A DNA stretch of 24,000 nt from Prochlorococcus marinus str. MIT 9211 (GTDB lineage: Bacteria; Cyanobacteriota; Cyanobacteriia; PCC-6307; Cyanobiaceae), in the NCBI RefSeq assembly GCF_000018585.1, contig NC_009976.1, positions 343,982-367,981 on the forward strand, given 5' to 3'. The stretch's first letter is position 1. Every line of letters starts with the position of its first letter. Positions 1 through 11,475 of this stretch are shown piece after piece. The notes beneath the pieces are model-generated. The model was not told the origin of the DNA, ran no database searches, and saw only the letters and a program-made list of their open reading frames with translations. Position numbers and translations under genes: made by a program.

Positions 1-18
1 CAAGTCCAGGATGGCCCA
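1..18 (+). tRNA. tRNA-Ile 3' end (cut by window edge)
   Basis: caagtccaggatggccca matches my recollection of the T-arm/acceptor 3' half of cyanobacterial tRNA-Ile(GAT). That tRNA normally precedes tRNA-Ala in the 16S-23S spacer. Confidence 0.6.
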
Positions 19-27
19 TTCGTTGTT

Positions 28-100
28 GGGGGTATAGCTCAGTTGGTAGAGCGCCTGCTTTGCAAGCAGGATGTCAGCGGTTCGAGTCCGCTTACCTCCA
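28..100 (+). tRNA. tRNA-Ala (anticodon TGC)
   Basis: 73 nt, GGGGTAT...ACCTCCA acceptor pairing. Anticodon arm is CCTGC-TTTGCAA-GCAGG and the T-arm is GCGGTTCGAGTCCGC. CCA is not encoded. Confidence 0.95.
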
Positions 101-459
101 CTGATCCACTGCCTGATAACTCAATTTATGGAGATTGATATTTGTTAAATGTGATTTAGACGTTGTTCAACTGATTGAACCTAGCTTCCTATTACCCTTT
201 TTTATAAAGGCTGGTAAGACGCTGGGCTCACTGTCCTTCTAAAGGACAGTTAAGTTCAGTAGAACCTTGACAACTGCATATGTGAGTCTGGAAAGAATTA
301 AAGCATCTAAATAGATCCATAAATTCTATTGATTCTATTAATTGAATTTATGTTCAATTCTAATAATTAAGAGCCGAGAAATTTATTTGTTTATTACTTC
401 TATAGATGGAAAATATTCATTTATAAAAGTCTAATAACCATCAAATAAATTAACTAAAT

Positions 460-3335
<2,876 letters not shown>

Positions 3336-3414
3336 ACTTCAGCTCTTAATTTATTAAAAGCTTTACTTATTCCAGACAATATGCAGTTCTCAAGGTTCAA
3401 CCTTGAAAATGTTT

Positions 3415-3531
3415 TCCTGGTGTTCATGGCGATGTGGAACCACTCCGATCCATCTCGAACTCGGTTGTGAAACGCATCAGCGGCGACGATATTTGGGGGG
3501 TAGCCCCCTGAGAAAATAGCTCAATGCCAGG
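3415..3531 (+). rRNA. rrf: 5S ribosomal RNA
   Basis: tcctggtgttcatggcg...ccgaactcggttgtgaaacg...gccaggt has terminal helix complementarity (cctggt/gccagg) and the length and sequence typical of cyanobacterial 5S. Confidence 0.9.
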
Positions 3532-3605
3532 TAAAACATTTTTCCAAATATTTTTGAAAAAGTTAAATAAGATTTTCCTCCTAAATTCATTATTTGAATA
3601 ACTAG

Positions 3606-4466
3606 CTAGTTTTGACAGTTCGGACACCAATGAGTGCTTCTGCCAGCTACCTTAGTTTTTTCGATTAATGTTCCACATTTTCTGCAAGGCTTTTGATTAC
3701 GTCGATAGACCCAGGCATAACCACCATAAGTACCATTAAGCCCTTCTAGGTCTCTAAAGTCTGAGAAAGTTGTTCCACCTTTCCCAATGCTAGCTTTTAG
3801 AATTCTAGTAAGGCTTTTGCAAAGCTTTTTCAGCTCACAACCATTGAGGTCACCAGATGCTTTTATAGGGGTTATTCCTGCTTCGAAAAGGCTTTCATCT
3901 GCATATATGTTTCCTACTCCTGCAAGTATAGATTGATCTAATAGGGATGATTTAATAGACCTCTTCCTTCCTTTTAAGCAATATTTTAGATACTCGGGGT
4001 TGAAATCTTTGCTGAATGGCTCTGGTCCTAAATTTTTTAATCCGTTGATAACTTCGCTTGGAAGCTTGTTAGGAGGTATCCACCACATTTGCCCAAAATT
4101 TCGAATATCTATAAAGCGGATTTCGGAACCTTTTTTATTCCAAAAACGAACTCTTGTATGAGTGCAAGGAGCCTTGGTATTTTGATGCCATTCGAAATAT
4201 CCTGTCATTCTTAAATGGACTACTAGTGTGCCTGAAGGGATCTCTTCAATGAGATCACTTTCTTTGCATAGAGAAGCTATTAAGTACTTTCCTCTTCTGC
4301 TCCATCTGCCAAAAACTAGATCTTTTAAATTAAATATAAACACATTGCTACCACCATTACTGGCAATAGATCTCTCTGATAAAACTTCAACATTATCTAT
4401 ATAAAAATTCTTCAGCCGCTTCTCTAAGCCTTTGCGGACTGTCTCTACTTCAGGGAGCTCAGGCAA
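3606..4466 (-). CDS. mutM: formamidopyrimidine-DNA glycosylase (Fpg/MutM)
   Basis: 286-aa ORF with N-terminal MPELPEVE catalytic motif and C-terminal CxxC-x16-CxxC zinc finger (CRKCG...HWCPNC). Confidence 0.9.
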   Translation of the reverse strand: MPELPEVETVRKGLEKRLKNFYIDNVEVLSERSIASNGGSNVFIFNLKDLVFGRWSRRGKYLIASLCKESDLIEEIPSGTLVVHLRMTGYFEWHQNTKAPCTHTRVRFWNKKGSEIRFIDIRNFGQMWWIPPNKLPSEVINGLKNLGPEPFSKDFNPEYLKYCLKGRKRSIKSSLLDQSILAGVGNIYADESLFEAGITPIKASGDLNGCELKKLCKSLTRILKASIGKGGTTFSDFRDLEGLNGTYGGYAWVYRRNQKPCRKCGTLIEKTKVAGRSTHWCPNCQN

Positions 4467-4471
4467 TAACT

Positions 4472-4681
4472 TTAAACAGCCTCAAGCTCATTTTCGGCGA
4501 AGTTATTAGTGTTGTTACCACCATCTACTCCGCTATAGGCTGCGTAATTAACTTTTTCAAAACGAACTACAACAGGATATTTGATCCCTGAAGTGTCTAC
4601 TGAAGCCACTTTGCCGACTTCGTTATACCAATAGGATTCAGGGCGTTTAACCCTTACTTTGTCACCTCTGGAAATAGCCAT
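4472..4681 (-). CDS. psaE: photosystem I reaction centre subunit IV (PsaE)
   Basis: 69-aa [28 protein letters not shown]...[12 protein letters not shown], which is the characteristic PsaE sequence. Lies 5 nt upstream of mutM on the same strand. Confidence 0.92.
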   Translation of the reverse strand: MAISRGDKVRVKRPESYWYNEVGKVASVDTSGIKYPVVVRFEKVNYAAYSGVDGGNNTNNFAENELEAV

Positions 4682-4766
4682 CTCTACTTGTAAATCACTT
4701 CATTAATACATTATCAAGCCGGAAGTAAAATTTTGCTGGAGCGTCACAGAATGTCGCCCCAGGAGC

Positions 4767-5834
4767 TTGAGAGTGTGTCAGCATTATTTTGAATTCTATT
4801 TTTTAGTGAAACTAGATACTTCAATTCTTCAATTGGATTTGCCGGATCCTGAAAGCGACGATCTTAGTAGTATTGAGTTTCTCGATCGTTTAGAAAAAGC
4901 ATGGTCTATATGTGAACGTTTTGATTTGCAAACAGAGATATGGAGAGGAAGAATTTTAAGAGTTGTTAGAGACAGGGAAAAAAAAGGAGGTGAAGGGAGA
5001 GGTGCAGGCTTTTTGCAATGGTTGCGAGAGATGGAGATAAGCAAAACAAGGGCATACGCACTTATTCAACTTGCAGAATCTGCAGATGATCTTGTAGGAG
5101 CAGGAATGCTTGAAGATGAAAGTGTTAATAATTTTTCTAGAAGAGCTTTTATTGAAACTGCTCAGTCAGCTCCAGAAGTAAAGCAAATGATTGCTGAATC
5201 TGCCAATGAAGGTAATGCTATTACGCGAAGGCAGGTTAGAAGACTTTCGGATGAGTTCACATCAGCTACAAGCCCGCTTCTTCCTGACGTTATACGAGAA
5301 AAGACGCAGGCAAATTTACTGCCCCCTAGAGTTGTTGCCCCATTGGTAAAGGAACTTTCTCAATTGCCTGAAATACAACAGGAAGATCTTCGCAAGGTTT
5401 TACAGGAAGACTCTGATTTGGAATCTATTAAGGGTGTTACTACTGTTGCGAGGTATATGAGAAAGGCTATTGATGCATCTTTTGCCTTAAGAGCTTTTCA
5501 ACGGGAAGACCTAGATCTTGAAAAAGCTACTCAGGAAGCTCAAAGACTCCAGTTGTTAGGCACATTAACTGATGCTTTTGTGCAGGCTAAAACTATTGAG
5601 GCATCTGTACTAAGGATGCATACAGCGTGGAGAAAGCTGGGAGAATTGTATGAAAAATTGTGGATAGATAGTGGCAGCAGTACACCTCATCTGAGGGCAG
5701 CTTTAGATACTTTACAAACACTTAGTGGAGCTCGAATAAAGGTTTCTTTAGGTGAGTTGTCGGGAGGTAAAAAAGTTAGATTGCAAATAGTCGAAGAATC
5801 TCCAGATCATATAGAACCTCCAATAATTAGCTAG
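4767..5834 (+). CDS. conserved hypothetical protein (helical, possible HTH-like N-terminal segment)
   Basis: Long uninterrupted ORF of 355 aa with host-like composition. The start is uncertain: TTG at 4767, GTG near 4806, and the first in-frame ATG near 5029. No motif I can name. Confidence 0.55.
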   Translation: MRVCQHYFEFYFLVKLDTSILQLDLPDPESDDLSSIEFLDRLEKAWSICERFDLQTEIWRGRILRVVRDREKKGGEGRGAGFLQWLREMEISKTRAYALIQLAESADDLVGAGMLEDESVNNFSRRAFIETAQSAPEVKQMIAESANEGNAITRRQVRRLSDEFTSATSPLLPDVIREKTQANLLPPRVVAPLVKELSQLPEIQQEDLRKVLQEDSDLESIKGVTTVARYMRKAIDASFALRAFQREDLDLEKATQEAQRLQLLGTLTDAFVQAKTIEASVLRMHTAWRKLGELYEKLWIDSGSSTPHLRAALDTLQTLSGARIKVSLGELSGGKKVRLQIVEESPDHIEPPIIS

Positions 5835-5873
5835 ACTAAATAGTGTTTCTTTAAATCCTTAATTTCAGTTTGG

Positions 5874-6737
5874 CTACCTACAAAGATCATCTAATAAGTT
5901 AAATTCAAACCCTTTACTAGGAGCTATCCAATCTTTCCACTTATTGCCTTTCCCAGTAGAGTTTAGCTTATGTGATGGACAATTAACGGCAATAAATAAA
6001 GGATTACCTTGCATGTTTAATGCAGGGGCAACATAGCTTCCATCCATTTGTTTCCAACTAGACCATTTTACTTTGAGATGGCCATAATCACGCCACTTAA
6101 CCTCATTAAAACTCTTTGCTTCTGTAGAGTTTTTTCTGAAGAATGAATTACTAGAACTAGCACGGTCTTTTTTGCTAACGAGATAAAGCTTAGAACCAGG
6201 TTGAATAACATTTGGGTTGTAGATATTATTATTGCTAATCAAGTCTTTAATCGGAATATTGTAAGCCTTGGATATCATCCCCAAGCTTTCTCCCTTTGAA
6301 ATAACATGGTAAGCCTTATAACTTTTCTTCTTATTGGAATTAGAGGTTCTTTGGCCCAATGCGCCCTGAGGCATTATCAGCTTTTGTCCTATATATAGGT
6401 AATTAGGATTATTAATGCGATTTAATCTTATAATATCTTCTCCTTTCACGTTGTAGTTTGATGCTATCTCTTCAATACTTTCTCCACTTTTAACAATATG
6501 AGAAATATCACTTGCAATTAGAGAACTTTTTGCATTCTCTGGGAGTTTTATTCTTTGACCAACTTGTAAAGCATCTGCATCATAAATTTGATTGAGATCC
6601 ATTATTGATCTAATTGAGACTTCATATAGGCTTGCAATCTTTGATAAAGTGTCTCCTGGATTGACGGTAACTGATTGTGCAAAGGAAGGTATCGGTGTTA
6701 AATAGAAAAGTGTTAACAGAGCAATTAATTTTTGCAT
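5874..6737 (-). CDS. secreted LysM-repeat protein
   Basis: N-terminal signal peptide (MQKLIALLTLFYLTPIPSFAQS). Three LysM-type repeats (GDTLSKIASLY...GQRIKLP; GESIEEIASNY...GQKLIMP; GESLGMISKAY...GSKLYL). The C-terminal ~90 aa have no catalytic motif I recognise. Confidence 0.8.
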   Translation of the reverse strand: MQKLIALLTLFYLTPIPSFAQSVTVNPGDTLSKIASLYEVSIRSIMDLNQIYDADALQVGQRIKLPENAKSSLIASDISHIVKSGESIEEIASNYNVKGEDIIRLNRINNPNYLYIGQKLIMPQGALGQRTSNSNKKKSYKAYHVISKGESLGMISKAYNIPIKDLISNNNIYNPNVIQPGSKLYLVSKKDRASSSNSFFRKNSTEAKSFNEVKWRDYGHLKVKWSSWKQMDGSYVAPALNMQGNPLFIAVNCPSHKLNSTGKGNKWKDWIAPSKGFEFNLLDDLCR

Positions 6738-6826
6738 ACTCTTAGGGTATTTATATGAAAGATAATGCTCTTTTGAAGATTGGCAAACGTAGTATATGCA
6801 TCTTTAAAATCTATCCATTAACTTAG

Positions 6827-8206
6827 TCACCTGAAGAGCTTTTTAAACAAGGAAATATCAATCTTGTATGGAGGGTATCGGAATTGAATGTCTAGCCAAA
6901 ATGGTCGTTCAAGGATTGATTTTTGATGAGAAAAATTATCGAATCCTGCTTTTCCATGATATCTACCCATTCCGCTATTCCCTACGCCACCAAATGGGAG
7001 TTCAGGGATCGCAGCCTGCATCACTACATCGTTAAAACAAACTCCTCCAGAGCTAGATTTATCCAATAGTGTTTTTTGCTGTTCACCTGAACCGCCAAAC
7101 ATATAAATAGCAAGCGGCTTGGGTTGCTTCCTTATTTCAGAAATTGCAAAATCTAGATTTGGAATACTTAAAATAGGTAGTATTGGTCCAAATAATTCCT
7201 CTTCGATTAAAGGATCATTAATTGAATCTAGCTCAATTAATGTTGGGCTAATTCTCTTGTTCTTATTGTCAACATCTCCACCAAACAGTATTTGGTTCTT
7301 AGTTTTTATTTGATTTAATAGATCAATTAGTCTATTGAATTGATTGCTATTTATTATTTTACCTAAATCAGGAGAGTCCAATGGATTTTCCCCGTAAAAT
7401 TCAATAATAGATTTGCACATACATTCAACTAAATCATCTTTTATACCCTCTTCGACCAGAAGATGATTAGGAGCCAGGCAAGTTTGACCAGAATTAATGG
7501 ATTTTCCCCATACAAGTCTTTTCGCTGTTGTCTTCAGATCTGAGCCTTTGAGAACTATTGCAGGATTCTTCCCGCCAAGTTCAAGTGTTACTGGTGTCAA
7601 ATGTTTTGCCGCAGCTTCCATAATCTTTGCGCCAGTTTTGCTTCCCCCTGTAAAAAAAATATGATCAAATTTATTATTCATCAATTGTTTGGAAAATTCT
7701 GAATCTCCTTCTAATACTCTCACTATATCTTTTGGAAAATGCTTGCTAATCAGTCTTGCTATTAAATTAGAAGTCGAGGGAGCAAACTCTGAAGGCTTAA
7801 GAACAGCTGTGTTGCCTGCAGCCAATGCTGATATTAATGGTTGAAGAGTAAGCATAAAAGGATAGTTCCATGCACCAATAATCAATACGCAACCCAGTGG
7901 CTCATTTTGAAGTTTTGCTTTCCCGGGCTTCAGAAATAGCGGCACATTTACTAATTTTGGACGCATCCAGTCAGTTAGGTTTTTCTGGGCAACTTTTAAT
8001 TCTTGCTTTAACGATATAATTTCAAAGAGACCTTCCGTAGGTGGCTTGCCAAGGTCAGTAGCTAATGATGAGAGGATTTCACTTTCATGCTCTTCAGTAA
8101 TTGCTGTTAATCTTTTGAGCTGAATTCTTCGCCAGTTCTCTGATCTTGTCAGGCCAGAGATAACTGGCTCAAGCATTTCATTGACATCGAGGCTTTTATT
8201 AGACAA
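6827..8206 (-). CDS. NAD(P)-dependent aldehyde dehydrogenase (class-3-like)
   Basis: 459 aa with ALDH glutamate site LELGGKNP, catalytic Cys motif GQTCLAPNH and FTGGSKTG nucleotide-binding segment. Confidence 0.88.
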   Translation of the reverse strand: MSNKSLDVNEMLEPVISGLTRSENWRRIQLKRLTAITEEHESEILSSLATDLGKPPTEGLFEIISLKQELKVAQKNLTDWMRPKLVNVPLFLKPGKAKLQNEPLGCVLIIGAWNYPFMLTLQPLISALAAGNTAVLKPSEFAPSTSNLIARLISKHFPKDIVRVLEGDSEFSKQLMNNKFDHIFFTGGSKTGAKIMEAAAKHLTPVTLELGGKNPAIVLKGSDLKTTAKRLVWGKSINSGQTCLAPNHLLVEEGIKDDLVECMCKSIIEFYGENPLDSPDLGKIINSNQFNRLIDLLNQIKTKNQILFGGDVDNKNKRISPTLIELDSINDPLIEEELFGPILPILSIPNLDFAISEIRKQPKPLAIYMFGGSGEQQKTLLDKSSSGGVCFNDVVMQAAIPELPFGGVGNSGMGRYHGKAGFDNFSHQKSILERPFWLDIQFRYPPYKIDISLFKKLFR

Positions 8207-8313
8207 TGGTTTTCCGATTTGTTTTAAAGAGTCTAGTAAAAGCTATTCGATTCATTGCATTATTTAAATCCTTTAACAAAAATGATCAAGATTAATCTCG
8301 TTATTAAGTTCTA

Positions 8314-9054
8314 ATGAAAGAGATGCTTAGGAATAAATCTATTTATCAATACCTATTGCTAATATCTGTAGTATTATTATTGATTTATAGCCATTATCTT
8401 TTTGATGAAGGGTTCATTAATAATTTTATTCAAGACAGTCACGTCAAGTTTGCTAATGCTGGAATTCTTACTGCATTATTAATATTCTTTTTGAGGTTTA
8501 TCAGTATTGTAATTCCAATATTGCCTGGGACATACTGTTCTATTCTGGCAGGGTATTTTTATGGAATTGAGACAGGCTTATCGCTTATATTTGCAGCTGA
8601 TTTTATTTCATGTGCGACTTCTTTCTTGATCTCGAGAAAGCTAGGCAGGGGTGTCGTAAGAACAATTTTGGGATCGAATCAAATGAAAAGAGTGGAGTCA
8701 ATAAGTCAGAAATATTTAGAGAAGAACTTCTTTTTAATGACTGGTTTATTGATGACGCAATTCTTTGACTTTGTTTGTTATGCGATAGGTCTAACAAAGG
8801 TAAAATGGAGTAAATTCTTCCCAGCCCTAATTATAAGTATAATTATATCAGATGCTCCTTTTGTTTCAGGTGGGTCTGCGCTTAAGAATATAGGGATTGT
8901 AAGTCTAAGTGAATTATTAAATGGTGATGTTCAGGTACTTAAAGGGCCGGAATTGACAATCTTTATAGGTTCCGTTGCCGCTATATTTTCTCTTGGTGTT
9001 TTGAGTAATTTTCTCAATAAAGATGCTAATTTCCATCAAAAGGATGAACCTTAA
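8314..9054 (+). CDS. TVP38/TMEM64 (DedA-related) family membrane protein
   Basis: 246 aa with multiple TM helices. The segment VIPILPGTYCSILAGYFYG resembles the conserved re-entrant loop of the SNARE-associated/DedA superfamily. Confidence 0.6.
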   Translation: MKEMLRNKSIYQYLLLISVVLLLIYSHYLFDEGFINNFIQDSHVKFANAGILTALLIFFLRFISIVIPILPGTYCSILAGYFYGIETGLSLIFAADFISCATSFLISRKLGRGVVRTILGSNQMKRVESISQKYLEKNFFLMTGLLMTQFFDFVCYAIGLTKVKWSKFFPALIISIIISDAPFVSGGSALKNIGIVSLSELLNGDVQVLKGPELTIFIGSVAAIFSLGVLSNFLNKDANFHQKDEP

Positions 9055-9149
9055 AAGGTTGGCAAATGGTTTTGCATACTTTTTTACAGAATAACCTTTT
9101 ATTTAATTATAAGTTTAAATTTCAGAGTCCATAAGATTTTCTGTCTTAC

Positions 9150-9551
9150 TTAATCAAAGCCTGTAAATAACTCTTTATGAACGGCAAGATAATCATATAG
9201 AGCTGTCCTCGATTCTGGTGATAATGGCGTACCATCAATATTCCTGGTTGCACTACATATAAGGTCCCCATCCCATTTTACATTGTGTTCACTAATGGAT
9301 TGCGACCATTGCCGAACTGCTTTAAAATGGTCTGGCATGTACTCTCCAATCTTTCTGCATACCTCACAAATAATTGATAATGCAGGTGGTTTTGAGCTCA
9401 TTCTGAGATCTTTTACAATCATTGGTTGTGAGAAAACACCTGTATATCTTATGTAATCAATTAATTCGTACTCTTTATCTGATAGACCTGCCAGTTCCAT
9501 TGCCTTAATAAACTCTTTTAAAGGAGTGATAGGCCTAAGAATAGTTTTCAA
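9150..9551 (-). CDS. hypothetical protein
   Basis: 133-aa ORF, clean and non-overlapping. No recognisable motif. Confidence 0.45.
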   Translation of the reverse strand: MKTILRPITPLKEFIKAMELAGLSDKEYELIDYIRYTGVFSQPMIVKDLRMSSKPPALSIICEVCRKIGEYMPDHFKAVRQWSQSISEHNVKWDGDLICSATRNIDGTPLSPESRTALYDYLAVHKELFTGFD

Positions 9552-9661
9552 TGTAAGAGATTAATTTTTAATGAATTACTTTGATATTATCAGGGACTGC
9601 AGTTATATACTTAGAAAACTATTTTAAATAGCTGACAAGCAAGATTGATTAGTTATTGTGA

Positions 9662-9937
9662 ATGAGACGATCTTTTACTTTGCATAAGCTCAATCTGCTT
9701 TTGACAATGATTCTTGTTCCAGCTTCATCGGTGTTATTTAGCTGTGCAAGAGAACCACATAAAGGTGCTACGCCTGCTCTCTTTAATACTAAAGCCGAAG
9801 CTGAAAAAGCTGCTAAGGCTTTCAATTGCAGTGGAGCCCATAAAATGGGTGAGAAGTGGATGCCTTGCAAGAGTCATAAAACCCATCAAGGGGATACGAA
9901 GCATAGTGGTAATGGGATTAATCATCACAACCATTAG
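9662..9937 (+). CDS. putative lipoprotein with C-x-G-x-H-K-M-G-x2-W-M-P-C motif and His-rich tail
   Basis: 91 aa with ATG start. Signal peptide ends in a lipobox-like VLFSC. The motif is FNTKAEAEKAAKAFNCSGAHKMGEKWMPCKSH, which I recall as the Pfam DUF3721 'WMP' type. The tail is HKTHQGDTKHSGNGINHHNH. Confidence 0.65.
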   Translation: MRRSFTLHKLNLLLTMILVPASSVLFSCAREPHKGATPALFNTKAEAEKAAKAFNCSGAHKMGEKWMPCKSHKTHQGDTKHSGNGINHHNH

Positions 9938-9955
9938 ACCATTGGTACATTATTC

Positions 9956-10387
9956 ATGACTAATCCAATCCAGCCTGAATTAGATAGTCCTACCCATTGC
10001 GGCAGCAAACCCAAAAAAATTGCAATTGGTATAGCTCCATTAGGTTTTGTTTCCATTGGGATTGTGCCGATGGGAATTGTAACTATAGGAATAGTTCCAA
10101 TGGGGGTTGTATCTCTTGGAGTAGTAGCGATGGGAGTCATTAACGCTTCAATAGTAGGAATGGGAGTTCTCTCTGCTGGTATAACAACTATGGGCCTCAA
10201 GGTATGGAGCCCAGAAGGACAATTTGTTCGTCAAAATCTTGAGAGTTCAGAGTCTGCTTTAAACAATATTTATGCCTACCCAACAAAATCAAAGGCTGAA
10301 GAAGAGGCTAAAAAAATGGGTTGTTTAGGCGTTCACAAGATGGGTAGTCTATGGATGCCATGCTCAACTCATGGAAATATTAAATGA
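9956..10387 (+). CDS. membrane protein with hydrophobic pentapeptide repeats and a C-terminal WMPC motif domain
   Basis: 143 aa. It has eleven 5-residue units (IVPMG-like) preceded by a 4-residue partial unit, followed by YPTKSKAEEEAKKMGCLGVHKMGSLWMPCSTH. That motif is paralogous to the one in the upstream ORF. Confidence 0.6.
   Translation: MTNPIQPELDSPTHCGSKPKKIAIGIAPLGFVSIGIVPMGIVTIGIVPMGVVSLGVVAMGVINASIVGMGVLSAGITTMGLKVWSPEGQFVRQNLESSESALNNIYAYPTKSKAEEEAKKMGCLGVHKMGSLWMPCSTHGNIK
10019..10195 (+). repeat. 15-nt-periodic intragenic tandem repeat (encodes [IV]-[VT]-x-[MIL]-G units)
   Basis: IAIG IAPLG FVSIG IVPMG IVTIG IVPMG VVSLG VVAMG VINAS IVGMG VLSAG ITTMG. The periodicity also creates a mirror ORF on the opposite strand (9934..10200). 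Confidence 0.8.
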
Positions 10388-10580
10388 CTTTTTATGATGG
10401 ATATTTTGATGAATAGCTTTCAATTCTTTATCTAAATATTGTCAAAGCTTTTAAACGCTGATCGAAGTGAAGGTATTTACTATCTAGTTGCTTTTGCTCC
10501 CCTCTAATTAGGACTTTCTTTACTTTTTATTCGCTAAAATATTTATTTAGATTGATAAATGATGTTACTTTGAAAACTCT

Positions 10581-11210
10581 TTAATATACTAGAGCTACGC
10601 AAGAGAAAGCAACTCCTATCCCAATTAATATTCCAGCATTTAATATTTTCCCATTTTCTCCGATCAAACTAATGACTCTTTGAGATACTCCTGTAACTAT
10701 TAGCAGTAGAGCGCCTTGGGCGATAAGCAGTCCTAAAAAATAGCTGATTAAAGGCGTAGGTTCGGCTCCAATGATTGTGCTCCCAAGTAAGTAGCCGTGC
10801 AAGGAGAACATAGGCAGGAGCCATTGTGAACTGAGATATTTGAGAATAATTAAGCCTTCTATAGCTAAGGATAATGAGACAAGTGCTTCAGCCCAAGGTT
10901 CTAGTAAATCAGGTAAAGGGAGCACTTGTGAGAATGCGCTTCCACCTAGACCAACAGCAATTAGGTTTAAACACCATTTCTTAGGTTTTCGTAAGCCAAC
11001 AAAGGCAATTGCCAACATAAAAATTAAGTGATCAGGTCCAAGTAATGGATGTCCAATTCCACTTAACAATCCTTGCAATGTTGATAATTGAGAGGTGCCT
11101 CCCATTTCAAAAGGGTGATGAGCAAAAGCTGATTTGTTGTGACCAAGCAAGAGTAATAAAAGGAATATTCCTGATGATGCCAAAGTTTTTCGTATCAGGT
11201 GTAGCCGCAT
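10581..11210 (-). CDS. hupE: HupE/UreJ family Ni/Co transporter
   Basis: 209 aa. Signal peptide is followed by AHHPFEMGG, then the GHPLLGPDHLIFMLA signature and about 6 TM helices. Confidence 0.8.
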   Translation of the reverse strand: MRLHLIRKTLASSGIFLLLLLLGHNKSAFAHHPFEMGGTSQLSTLQGLLSGIGHPLLGPDHLIFMLAIAFVGLRKPKKWCLNLIAVGLGGSAFSQVLPLPDLLEPWAEALVSLSLAIEGLIILKYLSSQWLLPMFSLHGYLLGSTIIGAEPTPLISYFLGLLIAQGALLLIVTGVSQRVISLIGENGKILNAGILIGIGVAFSCVALVY

Positions 11211-11475
11211 GAATTGATCCTCTTTGTATTGTAATTAGGCCGATTGCAGACCAAGATTGATAATCTCGATACTTCTCAGTTTACTGATAGCAGCAGATTC
11301 TATCCGGACTTCCTTTTGCATTAATGCATGATCTGCATTGGGGCCTCATTTCTTTTTCAATATAATTACTTTTGGCCGAATAAAACAAGAATGTTTTATA
11401 GCGGACTTTTTTTTACCTTTCTTATTCCAAACCGGCTGGTGAATATCTTAATCTCAGGGAACAACATACTGATGA

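Noticed and set aside
4829-5044. Antisense or alternative-frame short ORFs inside longer genes (4829..5044, 7119..7313, 8603..8797, 10840..11031, 12374..12577, 12763..12969, 15032..15226, 16127..16327, 18051..18248, 19629..19859, 21992..22285)
   Set aside because: Each overlaps a longer ORF that has recognisable motifs or better context. None has a motif of its own.
10019-10195. Possibility that the periodic repeat is a CRISPR-like or non-coding array
   Set aside because: The period is only 15 nt with no spacers, and it lies in frame within an ORF that continues into a conserved C-terminal motif. No CRISPR array is visible anywhere in the window.
9649-10200. Overlapping alternative-frame ORFs (9649..9870 -, 9714..9959 +, 9734..9934 -, 9934..10200 -)
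   Set aside because: They overlap the two WMPC-motif ORFs, which share a conserved motif with each other. The 9934..10200 frame (PIGTIPIVTIPIGTIP) is the antisense shadow of the 15-nt periodic repeat.
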